A DNA stretch of 64,000 bases from Pedosphaera sp. Its GTDB lineage: Bacteria > Verrucomicrobiota > Verrucomicrobiia > Limisphaerales > SIBH01. The translations under genes were made by a program, and so were the position numbers. Positions 40,975 through 51,100 of the stretch are shown one piece after another (position 1 is the first letter of the stretch; each line of letters opens with the position of its first letter). The DNA lies in NCBI GenBank assembly GCA_031414955.1, contig JANOQV010000012.1, positions 34,750 to 98,749 on the forward strand. Reading direction: 5' to 3'. Under the pieces are notes generated by a model, which saw only the letters and a program-made list of their open reading frames with translations, was not told where the DNA came from and searched no databases.

Positions 40975-42669
40975 ATGCCTTGCATCTTCACCCTGCTACG
41001 TTGTTCCGCCACGGCCGGCTTCATGTTGATAGCCTTCGCGTGGCGGGCCGGCGCGGCCACGGAGCCGTTCTCGCAGGCGGCAGTGGTGGCGCAGGACAAG
41101 ATCGCAGCCCAAGTCGGCACGGACATTCTTCGGCACGGTGGTAACGCGATCGATGCGGCGGTGGCCACGGCCTTCGCCCTCGCGGTCACGCATCCAGCGG
41201 CGGGCAACATCGGCGGCGGCGGCTTCCTGGTCTTTCGCTCCCACCGCGGGACGGCGGCGGCGTATGACTTTCGCGAAATGGCGCCCGCCGCCGCGCGCGC
41301 GGACATGTTTCTGAACGAGGGCCAGTATGACGCGCAGCGGCATCACCACAGCCATGTGGCGGTGGGCGTCCCGGGCACGGTGGCCGGACTGCACCTGGCG
41401 TGGCGGGAGCATGGCAGCCTGCCGTGGAACGAGCTTGTGCAACCCGCTCTCAAACTGGCGGGCGAGGGATTTGTCGTCAGCCCCGGCCTGGCGCGCTCGC
41501 TCCAGACCGCGCTGCCGGTGCTGAAAAAATATCCGGCCTCGCTCGCTCAGTTCACCCGGCGCGGCCGGCCCTTCGAGGCGGGCGACACGCTGCGGCAGCC
41601 AGATCTCGCCCGGACGTTGCAGCGCATCGCGAATGAGGGGCCGGACGGATTCTACGCCGGCGAGACGGCGCGTCTCATTGAGCGGGAGATGAGCGCCCAC
41701 GGAGGTTTGATCACGCGCGCTGATTTGAAGAACTACCGCGCGGTGAGGCGCGAAGCGGTGCGGGGCACGTATCGGGGCTGTGAGATCATTTCCATGCCGC
41801 CGCCCAGTTCAGGCGGCGTCGCGCTCATTGAGATGCTGAACATCCTCGAGGGCTATGATTTGCGGCGCGAAGGCCCGGGGGCGTTGGCCAACGTGCATCG
41901 CATCGCCGAGGTCATGCGCCGCGCCTTCGCCGATCGCGCGCAACATCTCGGCGATCCTGAATTCAATCCCGCCCGGCCGGTCGCGCGGCTCATCTCGAAG
42001 GATTACGCGGCGACCCTACGGGCCAGCATCTCTCCGGCGCGCGCCTCGGTTTCGACGACGACGAATTTCTCGTGGCCAGCGGAGAGCCAGGAGACGACGC
42101 ATCTCTCCGTGGTGGACTCGAACCGCAATGCCGTGGCCCTGACTTACACGCTGGAGGAATCGTATGGTTCGGGCATCGTGGTGCCAGGTGCGGGCTTTCT
42201 GCTCAACAACGAGATGGGCGACTTCAATGCGGTGCCCGGCTTCACCAGCACCAACGGACTCATTGGCACTCCGCCCAACCTGGCCGCACCGGGCAAGCGC
42301 ATGTTGTCCAGCATGACGCCGACCATCGTGGTCCGTGACGGCAAGCTGCTCATGGTCACGGGCAGCCCCGGCGGGCGCACCATCATCAACACGGTACTGC
42401 TGACCGTGCTCAACGTGGTCGACTTCGAGATGAACGCGCAAGCCGCCGTGGATGCGCCACGCTTTCATCATCAATGGCTGCCGGCGCAAATTCAGTTCGA
42501 GCGCGGCGGATTCTCGGCGAACGTGATGCAGGGTCTGCGCGAGCGCGGTCATGGGTTGCGCGAAACCGGCGCGCAAGGCGCGGCCCAAGTCATCGTGGTG
42601 AATGGCACCGGCACGCTCGACACGGGCGCGGATCGCCGGGCCCACGACAGCGCGGCGGCCGGTTGGTGA
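40975..42669 (+). CDS. ggt: Gamma-glutamyltransferase; start uncertain
   Basis: GGNAIDAAVA, DFREMAP, PPPSSGG, ETTHLSVVD, LLNNEMGDF, KRMLSSMTPT, GSPGG. Confidence 0.95.
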   Translation: MPCIFTLLRCSATAGFMLIAFAWRAGAATEPFSQAAVVAQDKIAAQVGTDILRHGGNAIDAAVATAFALAVTHPAAGNIGGGGFLVFRSHRGTAAAYDFREMAPAAARADMFLNEGQYDAQRHHHSHVAVGVPGTVAGLHLAWREHGSLPWNELVQPALKLAGEGFVVSPGLARSLQTALPVLKKYPASLAQFTRRGRPFEAGDTLRQPDLARTLQRIANEGPDGFYAGETARLIEREMSAHGGLITRADLKNYRAVRREAVRGTYRGCEIISMPPPSSGGVALIEMLNILEGYDLRREGPGALANVHRIAEVMRRAFADRAQHLGDPEFNPARPVARLISKDYAATLRASISPARASVSTTTNFSWPAESQETTHLSVVDSNRNAVALTYTLEESYGSGIVVPGAGFLLNNEMGDFNAVPGFTSTNGLIGTPPNLAAPGKRMLSSMTPTIVVRDGKLLMVTGSPGGRTIINTVLLTVLNVVDFEMNAQAAVDAPRFHHQWLPAQIQFERGGFSANVMQGLRERGHGLRETGAQGAAQVIVVNGTGTLDTGADRRAHDSAAAGW

Positions 42670-42909
42670 AGGAGAAATCCTGGCCCAAGGCACTTATTGA
42701 TTCCTCGGGCCATCCATGCCGGGGCGGACGCGGACATCGAATGGGTGGCGAGCAGCGCTCGGCACGAGAAGAAACGCCGCGCCTTCCGGATTTACGGTTT
42801 CTGGCGAACTTGCTTGAGCCGCGCCGGACGGTTTGGCACCAAGGAGCGGTTGGAGATGGCCGGGCGGCGTGCGTTTGCGCTCCCGAGCGGTTCCAATCCG
42901 AATTGATTG

Positions 42910-43995
42910 ATGTCCGCAGCAATTCCAAATCGCAAGACCGTCCTCTTTGTGGATGACGACACGCAGTTCCTCGAACTGCTCCAACCCTACATGGAACGCC
43001 TCAGCCGTGGCGAGTGGGAGGTCTTGGTGGCCTCGAACTCCGGGGCCGCCCTGAGCACGCTGAACTCCCGCACGATTGACCTGGCCGTGCTCGACGTGCA
43101 GTTGCCGGTCATGGATGGGGTGCAACTCTTGCAACTCGTCCATCGCAAGCATCCCCAGCTCAAGAAGGCCGTGCTGAGCGGATTCGTGGACGAGGCCTGC
43201 CGTTCCCGCTCGTTGATCGGCGGGGCCGAGCTGGTTCTGGAAAAGCCGCACGACGCCCCGGGCTACGAAGCCCTCTTCGCCGCCTTGAACGAGTTGCTCC
43301 ACACTCAGAATGAACAGGGCTTCCGCGGCATGCTCCGCAAGGTCGGGTTGGAGGACATCATCCAGATGGAATGCCTGAGCCGGCATTCGCTGATTTTGGA
43401 AGTAGTGGCGCGCGGCAGCCGCGGGAGGCTTTACATCTGCGAAGGAGCGCTTGTGCATGCGGAGTTCGGCCAGCACAGCGGCGAGGCCGGTTTGCAGCAA
43501 CTGCTCAGCCTGACCGGCGGCGAATTTCACCACCGCGCCTACACCGATCCGGCCAAGAAGACTTTGGAAGGCTCCTGGGAATTCCTCCTCATGGAGGCGG
43601 TGCGCCAACGCGATGAGGCGGTGGGTGCCGCCGCAGAAAAGGCTGCCGAGGAGGCGCTCGCATCAGCCATCGCTCCCACCTCATCGGTGGAATTGCCCGA
43701 GACTCCGGTGAGGGCCGAGGAACCGCCCGCCGAAATCCAAATCGAAGAGCAGGCCCCGGTCATCAACGAGTTGGTCGTCTGCACTTCCAAAGGGGAGCTG
43801 CTCTACGCCTCGCAGTCGCCCAATCCCCAGGAGCGCTGCCATTTGTGCGTGGCATTGATGGAAGCCGCCGCGCGCCTGCAACCGCTGCTGCCGTTTGGAT
43901 CGCTCGAACGTGTGGAGTTCGTCTCCGTATCCGGCCGTATGCTCACGCGGCTTCAAGATGGGCAGGCCGTTTTCCTGCGCGCCAACGATGTTTGA
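42910..43995 (+). CDS. Response regulator with DUF4388 (PatA-N) domain and possible roadblock-like C-terminus
   Basis: LFVDDD, AVLDVQLPVMDG receiver; GFRGMLRKVGLEDIIQM..G.L.HA DUF4388-like. Confidence 0.8.
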   Translation: MSAAIPNRKTVLFVDDDTQFLELLQPYMERLSRGEWEVLVASNSGAALSTLNSRTIDLAVLDVQLPVMDGVQLLQLVHRKHPQLKKAVLSGFVDEACRSRSLIGGAELVLEKPHDAPGYEALFAALNELLHTQNEQGFRGMLRKVGLEDIIQMECLSRHSLILEVVARGSRGRLYICEGALVHAEFGQHSGEAGLQQLLSLTGGEFHHRAYTDPAKKTLEGSWEFLLMEAVRQRDEAVGAAAEKAAEEALASAIAPTSSVELPETPVRAEEPPAEIQIEEQAPVINELVVCTSKGELLYASQSPNPQERCHLCVALMEAAARLQPLLPFGSLERVEFVSVSGRMLTRLQDGQAVFLRANDV

Positions 43996-44365
43996 TATGG
44001 ACGACGCAAAAAAAACGAACATGCAGTCCTGGTTCGAACAAGAGTTCGCGCTGGACGGCGTGCTTGCGGCCGGTGGGGGAGTGTCACCCACCGAGGTGTT
44101 CGCGGCCTTCGCCGCCGGCGAGTTCGTCCTCGCCAGCAATGAGGAAGTCTGGCGGAGCATCGGCGAGAGCGTCCAGTCGGTCAGCGCTCACGGCAGCCCG
44201 ACGGGCGAAATGCTTTGGGGCTTCGAGCGCGCCCTGCTCTGCACCATTCGCCGGCCAGACGGGGCGTGGCTCGGCGTCATCACCGAACCGCAGTTGCGCG
44301 ACGATTCGGCTCTCGCCCTCCGCACCAAGCTCGACGCGTTCAAGCAACAGGACTTCACCTCCTAG
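43988..44365 (+). CDS. Hypothetical protein, possibly roadblock/LC7-like
   Basis: Overlaps upstream stop; about 125 aa, DGVLAAG and terminal beta-hairpin/helix pattern. Confidence 0.5.
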   Translation: MFDMDDAKKTNMQSWFEQEFALDGVLAAGGGVSPTEVFAAFAAGEFVLASNEEVWRSIGESVQSVSAHGSPTGEMLWGFERALLCTIRRPDGAWLGVITEPQLRDDSALALRTKLDAFKQQDFTS

Positions 44366-44384
44366 CGCTGACTCACGTCCGCAG

Positions 44385-45239
44385 CTACACGGTGACAACG
44401 CTGTTCTCCAGCACCCCGATCCCGGAAATCTCAATCCGTACCACGTCACCCACTGCGAGTGTGAAATCATCGCCGGGCACCACGCCCGTGCCGGTGAGCA
44501 GCACCGCGCCGTGCGGGAACGTCTGCGAGCGGAACAGGTATTCCGCCATCTCGGCGAAGGTGCGTTTGATTTGCGACACCGAAGTCTGGCCGGTGAAAAC
44601 GGCCTGACCCGCGCGCGAAATCTGCACCGCGATGGTCCAGCCGCGCGCCGCTTCTTCACTTTCACCAACCACGATGCACGGCCCCACCGCGCACGCACGG
44701 TCGTAGATTTTCGCCTGCGGGAGATAGAGCAGATTCTCGCCCTCAATGTCGCGCGAGCTCATGTCGTTGCCCACGGTGTAGCCGACGACGCGGCCGCGCG
44801 CGTTCAGCACCAGCGCCAGTTCCGGCTCCGGCACGTTCCAGGTCGCGTCCCTGCGGATACCCACGGCGTCGCCCGTCCCGACGACTTTCTCCGGCATGGA
44901 TTTGAAGAACAGCTCCGGGCGCGGCGCGTCATAAACCTTGTCGTAAGCCGTGGCGCTGAAATCCGATTCCTCCATGCGCGCCTTCTTGCTGCGCAGATAC
45001 GTGACGCCCACCGCCCAGACCTCCTGCCGCTCGACCGGCGGCAACAACCGCACCTCGCTCGGCGAAACCTCCGGCAGCTTCTGCGCCGCGAGCGAACACA
45101 GATACGCGACGAGATCATCGCGCTCCAGCAACGGCGTGAGTTGTGTCACCCCCGCCGCGCTCAGGTCGGAGATTGTTCCGCCCTCGCTCCACAGGCCGAT
45201 GCGGATTTGGTTTTGCTTCAGGAAACGACAGAGTTTCAT
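44385..45239 (-). CDS. Fumarylacetoacetate hydrolase family protein (2-keto-3-deoxy-pentonate dehydratase-like)
   Basis: QEVWAVGVTY.RS..AR.EES, RPELFFK, VPEPEL, GNDMSSRDIEGENLLYLPQAK, LLTGTG. Confidence 0.9.
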   Translation of the reverse strand: MKLCRFLKQNQIRIGLWSEGGTISDLSAAGVTQLTPLLERDDLVAYLCSLAAQKLPEVSPSEVRLLPPVERQEVWAVGVTYLRSKKARMEESDFSATAYDKVYDAPRPELFFKSMPEKVVGTGDAVGIRRDATWNVPEPELALVLNARGRVVGYTVGNDMSSRDIEGENLLYLPQAKIYDRACAVGPCIVVGESEEAARGWTIAVQISRAGQAVFTGQTSVSQIKRTFAEMAEYLFRSQTFPHGAVLLTGTGVVPGDDFTLAVGDVVRIEISGIGVLENSVVTV

Positions 45240-45622
45240 GGGGGATGATTTGACGAATGACTGGAGTTTGAAAAGCCAGGAGTCAGATCATTCGATCGAA
45301 AACCTGACCCGACGTTTCCGGCCTGGGACCAAGTGCGGAGGGCTTGACCGTGAAAAGCCCCGGATGGGATTTTACCAGACGCGCACGGCGCTTACGCCGC
45401 TTCACCATCCGCCCGCCCGCCGGTGAATCGATCCGCCCTCGCCAGCCCGGACGCTGAAGCGACCTGAAGGCTGCGCAACGGGGACAAGGTGAGGGCGTGT
45501 TGCCCAAATCCCGGAGCGCGGGATTGGGCAACAGACCCGCAGGATGCGTCCCGGCTCACTTCCGGGACGGATTGCAGACTTGTCTTGCCGCGGCAACTTC
45601 CGCACCGTCGCGCCTCATTGTT

Positions 45623-46642
45623 ATGGCAAAGAAAGCTCTCATCACCGGCATCACGGGACAGGATGGTTCGTATCTCGCGGAGTTGCTCCTGAGCAAAGGC
45701 TACGAGGTGCATGGCATCATCCGCCGCGCCTCGACCTTCAACACTGGGCGGCTGGAGGACATTTACCAGGATCCGCACGCGAGCGGAAAAAGGCTTTCGC
45801 TCCATTATGGCGATCTCTCGGATGGCAGCGCGCTGGCGCGGTTGCTGGGGAAAATCGCCCCGGATGAAATCTACAACCTGGCCGCCCAGAGCCATGTGCG
45901 GGTGAGCTTCGATGCCGCCGAATACACGGCCGACGTGACGGCCACGGGCACAGTGCGGGTGCTGGAGGCGATTCGCGAGACAGGCATGAAGCCGCGCTTT
46001 TATCAGGCCTCGTCGAGTGAGATGTTCGGGCTGGTGCAGGAGGTGCCGCAGAAGGAGACGACGCCGTTTTATCCACGCTCGCCCTATGGCTGCGCGAAAC
46101 TGTTCTCGCACTGGCTGACGGTCAACTACCGCGAGAGCTACGGGATGCACGCGAGCAGCGGGATTCTGTTCAATCACGAGTCGCCGCGGCGCGGGGAGAC
46201 GTTCGTGACGCGCAAGATCACGCGGGCCGTGGCGCACATCAAACAGGGTCTGCAAAAGAAACTCTATCTTGGCAACCTCGACGCCAAGCGCGACTGGGGC
46301 TACGCGAAGGAATACGTGGAAGCGATGTGGCTCATGCTCCAGCAGCCCGAGCCGGATGATTACGTGATCGCCACCGGCGAGACGCATTCGGTGCGGGAGT
46401 TCCTCGAACACGCCTTCGCCCACGCCGGGCTGAACTGGAAGGATTACGTGGAGTTCGACGAACGCTACTGCCGTCCAGCTGAGGTGGATCTACTCATCGG
46501 CGATTGCAGCAAAGCCAAAGCAAAGCTCGGCTGGGAGCCGAAAACGAAGTTCACCGAGCTAGTGAAAATCATGGTCGAGGCGGACATGAAGAAAGTGCAG
46601 GACCGCCTGGCCGGCAAGATCAAGGTCATGGATCAACAGTGA
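45623..46642 (+). CDS. gmd: GDP-mannose 4,6-dehydratase
   Basis: [58 protein letters not shown]. Confidence 0.98.
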   Translation: MAKKALITGITGQDGSYLAELLLSKGYEVHGIIRRASTFNTGRLEDIYQDPHASGKRLSLHYGDLSDGSALARLLGKIAPDEIYNLAAQSHVRVSFDAAEYTADVTATGTVRVLEAIRETGMKPRFYQASSSEMFGLVQEVPQKETTPFYPRSPYGCAKLFSHWLTVNYRESYGMHASSGILFNHESPRRGETFVTRKITRAVAHIKQGLQKKLYLGNLDAKRDWGYAKEYVEAMWLMLQQPEPDDYVIATGETHSVREFLEHAFAHAGLNWKDYVEFDERYCRPAEVDLLIGDCSKAKAKLGWEPKTKFTELVKIMVEADMKKVQDRLAGKIKVMDQQ

Positions 46643-47805
46643 GGCGAGCGGTCCGGCCTTGAGTGCCTTGCCGACTGCCGGGCCAGCAGGCCATCGACCG
46701 CCTGGAGAACTTCCCCCACCGTGATGCGGCCCATGAATTCCTCGCCGCTGGAGGTGTTGGCCTCGGTGGGCGCAAGAAGACGGAAGTCTGGATCGCCTTG
46801 ATGCGTCACCACCACGCTGTCGGCATGGGTTGGGGCCCAAAGCGGCAGCGACCCTTGCCCAAACAAGGCAACCACCGGCCGACCAAGCGCGTCGTTCAGG
46901 TGCATCGGACCGGAGTCGAGCGTGATGATGAAGTCGAACTTCTGGAGCCGGGCGGCCCACTCGGCCACCGAGCCGCACTCCTGAACCTGTCCCCCAGTCT
47001 GGAGAATTTTTTCCGCCGCATCGCGTTGACCAGGACCGCACAAACCGACGGATTCGCAGCCGCGCTGCGCTAGTTGGCCGGCCAGCGCACGCCAGTTTTC
47101 TGCCGGCCACCATTTGCCCCGCCAGGGCGCGACCGGCACAAGGGCGATGCGCACGGGAACGGAACCGGCGCGCGTTTCGATGAAATGCGCCAGCCTCGGC
47201 CCCTCGCTGCTCCGCGCTTCCAAACCAAGGGGGGCAGCACAGCACAGATTGGACTCCCAGCGGCGCAGTCCGGGGGGGACTTCGACGGCGATGGCAGCGT
47301 GCCGGGGCATTTTCAAATCGGAACCAAGATAACGCGACAGGCTGACGACCCGCCGACAGCCGGCGAGATACAGGAGCAATACGCTGCGGATGTCGCCGCG
47401 CGTATCGAGACCAATCGCGCCGTGGGCCGCGTGGCTCAGGGTGCGCAGGAAGTCACGAAACTTCGGGCCGGTGTAAGCCTGGAGCGGATATTTTTCGCCC
47501 GCCGCGTGGCGTCCCCAGGCGATCTCGGAATCCACCCAATTGACTCCCGGCAGCAGGGATCGCCAGGCGGCAGCACCGCAAAAGGTCACATCGTAATGGT
47601 GCGCGCCCAGCAGCCTGACCAGTGGTTCGTGGGAAATAACGTCGCCCAGGCCAAACGGTTCGAGGATTACCACCGAGCGTTCGCGAGCCGGGCGCGATCG
47701 CCCCATCGCTCGGCCACCGCGCCACAGGCCGGCCGCGACCCCAAGCCCGGAGGCCAGAAGCCGTTTCCTAAGGCTGAAGTGAATGAGTGGCACGGTGCGC
47801 ATCAT
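46633..47805 (-). CDS. Glycosyltransferase family 9 (heptosyltransferase-like)
   Basis: [32 protein letters not shown]. Confidence 0.88.
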   Translation of the reverse strand: MMRTVPLIHFSLRKRLLASGLGVAAGLWRGGRAMGRSRPARERSVVILEPFGLGDVISHEPLVRLLGAHHYDVTFCGAAAWRSLLPGVNWVDSEIAWGRHAAGEKYPLQAYTGPKFRDFLRTLSHAAHGAIGLDTRGDIRSVLLLYLAGCRRVVSLSRYLGSDLKMPRHAAIAVEVPPGLRRWESNLCCAAPLGLEARSSEGPRLAHFIETRAGSVPVRIALVPVAPWRGKWWPAENWRALAGQLAQRGCESVGLCGPGQRDAAEKILQTGGQVQECGSVAEWAARLQKFDFIITLDSGPMHLNDALGRPVVALFGQGSLPLWAPTHADSVVVTHQGDPDFRLLAPTEANTSSGEEFMGRITVGEVLQAVDGLLARQSARHSRPDRSPHC

Positions 47806-48089
47806 GACGGGCGGAACTGTTCCCGAAAACCGTGGGAGGAATCAACCACGGGCCCGAGGCCCGGTGAGCGAAGGGCGCCGTTGCGGCCGTGGCAGCGCGG
47901 CTGGAACGCGAACGACTTCGCCAATCACCCCGCTGGAGTGGCTGGCTGAGGAAGGAAATCCAGGACTTTGTAGTTTGGGCCACCAGTCTGCGAGATACGC
48001 CCGGTCGAGCGAGCGCAATTAGTTTACCCTCCGAGTGCGGTGAGCATTCCGCAGCGATCAGATCGAACGGGTCGTCTGGAAATCCAGAT

Positions 48090-48122
48090 AAAAAAAGAGG
48101 GACCGGAGTTATCCGGTCCCTC
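48090..48122 (-). terminator. Rho-independent terminator of the large surface protein gene
   Basis: GAGGGACCGGA-N4-TCCGGTCCCTC 11-bp stem followed by T-run on minus strand. Confidence 0.88.
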
Positions 48123-48144
48123 GTGAGAGCAGGCCACGGTCAGG

Positions 48145-51100
48145 CTAGGGCACCATCAATTCGTAGAAGACGGTATTGGTGCCAGCGAGCGAGTTCGTCA
48201 CGGTGACCGATCCGAAGAAGTTGGTGTAAACATTCGTCCAGAGCGTGCTCGCGGCCGGGCTTCTCAGGCCGATGCTGCGCCGAAGGATGACGGTGGCATT
48301 GCTGCCACAAGTATTTATGACTGGATTGCTCCAGTTCAGCACACCTCGGGTGGTGCCATTGCTGTAGGTGATGCTAGTCCGCAGACCGTTGGTACCGAGC
48401 TTGAAGCCAGTCTGCCAGGCGATGTTCGTGCATATCACTCCTCCATTCGTCACGGTCAACACCGCCACGCTGCTGGTGGCGCTGCTGAAGGAGTTGTTGG
48501 CCCGCATCACATAGTTGGAAATGTTCGCGGTCGTGAGGTTCGGGATGACCAGCAGGCTGTTGGTCTCGCCGGAAAGAATAGCACCATTCTTGTACCACTG
48601 AAGGGTGATAGGCAGCGTGCCGGTGGCAGTAGAGCGGAAGAACGCGGTCGAAGCCACGCCATTCGTGCGACTGCGCGGATGCTCCACGATCCGCACCGGA
48701 ATCGGCGTGGGCAACGGCCCGGAAGCAACGGTGGCAGTCATCTCCAGACCAAAAACCACATCGGAACTGGCGGCACCACTCTGGTGGACTTCCGCAGCAA
48801 AGACGTTGGTGCCGGGCAGCAAGGTGACGATCAAATCGACTGGTCCCACAATGACGGCATCACCAACGGCTGCAATGCCCTGACTGGCGGCGGTCATCTG
48901 GCCGGCCGGCATGTTGAAGCGGTAGATTTCAGCCCCGTTCAGGTAGAGAACCAGACCGTCGTCAACGATATGGCGGAGACGCAGCACGGTGTTCGCACCG
49001 CCGATCACGGCCGTGTATTTTTGGCGGAAATAGAATGTGTTGTAGCGGTTGCCAACTCCATCAGCCAAGGCCAGCGGGGTATTCTTGGCCGCTGGCAAAG
49101 GCGCGCCTTCCACGTAAAACAAGGCGTTGCTCGGCCCCGACCAGGTCGAGTCATCGAAAGAAGGAGTGAAGTAGGAGGCGTGGATTTCCTCGTTGGTGTT
49201 CACGAGCAGGTACTTCCAAGCGTTGGTGAAGGAGGCCACCTGCAAGACCGCGCCGACAGTGACTGAACTGTTGGGCGCGATGGGGTTGGCCCGGCTGGAG
49301 GCATCGGTCAGGTTGTTCACCACCACCATGTAGGCACCAACCGGGAGCGGGCTGGCAAAGTTCAGGACGACGTTGGAGCCATTCAGGACGGCGCTGGAGA
49401 CGGGGAAGGTTCCGCCTACAATGTTGGTGACAAGATAGTTCACAACGAGTTGCGCCGGGGTCGCGGCCATTCGCTTACTGAAACCAAGCTGAATGGAAGT
49501 GCTGGAGACCAGAGAGCCGGACAGAAGAACGGGCGCGTTGGAATCAGTGATGACATACAATCGAGCCACGATACTGGTGGCGCTGCCAGAGGCTGGGTTG
49601 CTCACGATGGCGCGGAATTGCCAGCCTGCCATGTTGGTCGAGACGTTCGCGATGGTGTAGTTGGCCGCAGCGGCCCCGGCCACATTCACGTTATTGGTCT
49701 GCCATTGATAGGACACTCCCGCGACAGAGAAGACCTGGAAGGTGGCGGACTGGCCTTCGACCACGGTTTGATCAAACGGGCCATTCAAGACCTGCACCGG
49801 GCCGTTGGTGAAGGACTCCACGAAAGCATCCAGTTGCAGGCCAAATTCCTTGTCGATGTCGTTGATTTGTGGCTGATGCACCTCAACGGCGATCACGTTG
49901 CTGCCAACCTGATAGGAGGGAAGGGCGATGGAAATTGGTCCAATGCGGCTCGAATCACCCACCACTGCAGACGGCAGAGTCAAATAGTTGATCGCACCCG
50001 TGGGCATATTAAAGCGAAGAAATTCGCTCCCGTTCATCCAGAAAACGGCACCATCGTCCAAAATGTGAGTGACGGCGAAATTCAGGTTGCCGGGGCTGGC
50101 CTGTAGGTTGAATCCACCCCGGAAGTAGGAGGTAATGCTCGGCGCTTCCGACAAGGGCGTGCCGCCAGGGCCAGGAAGGTTATCTGCCGGTGAAACGTAA
50201 AACACACCGAAGCCAGGACTCATATATTGCTCATCCGGGTAACTGAAATCCTTCCAAGCGGTCCCCAAATCGGGCCCAATGACATCGAAAGGGGGGAATG
50301 GATCCAGGACGTTCCAAGCCGCAAGCGGATTGTTCAAACCACCCAAAGCCTTGGTCAGCACCTTCATGGTGATGGGCATCATGCTGTTCGGGGCGATGAG
50401 ATTGGTGGCCGGGGAAGTATCGCGGACGTTGTTCACGATCAGAACGTAGTTGTTATTGACGAGGCGCGGGGCGGTCGTGGTGAGCAGGACGTTGCTACCA
50501 TTAACCCGAACCGCACTGGAGACGGTGAGCATTCCGCCGAGAGTGTTGGTGATTTTGTAATAGGCAGCATTGGTGGCGGTGGAGGCCAGCACTAGTTCAG
50601 AGTAACCAACCAGCACCTGGGAGTTGGTGGCGGTACCGTCCGCCATGACCAGCAGGGGCCGGTTGGTGTCAACGATGACTCCCAAAGTGACCACGCTGCT
50701 GGTGACGCTGTTCACGGTATTGCTGGCCACGACGAAGTAACTTCCCACGTCGTTGGTGGTCGCCGACGCGATGATCAACGGATTTTGGGTGGCGTTGGAG
50801 ACAGCCACGCCATCCTTGTACCACTGGTAGTAGGCGGGTTGGCCCTGGAGCCCAAGAGTGAAGTCGGCGATCTTGGTTTCCTCGACCACCAAATTTTGCG
50901 GCTGGCTGGTGATGGCGAGGAGACTGGGATTGTAAAAGTTGACGTTCACCTGCATACCGAAGTCAACGTCACTGCTGGTGTTGTTCACCTGGTGGACTTC
51001 CACCGCCAAGGTGTTGGTGCCCTGAATCAGGAGAGATGAAGGGATGTTGGATACGACAAAAACAGCTTCAGTCAAAGTGCCCGGGGCTGTGACAGTGCAA

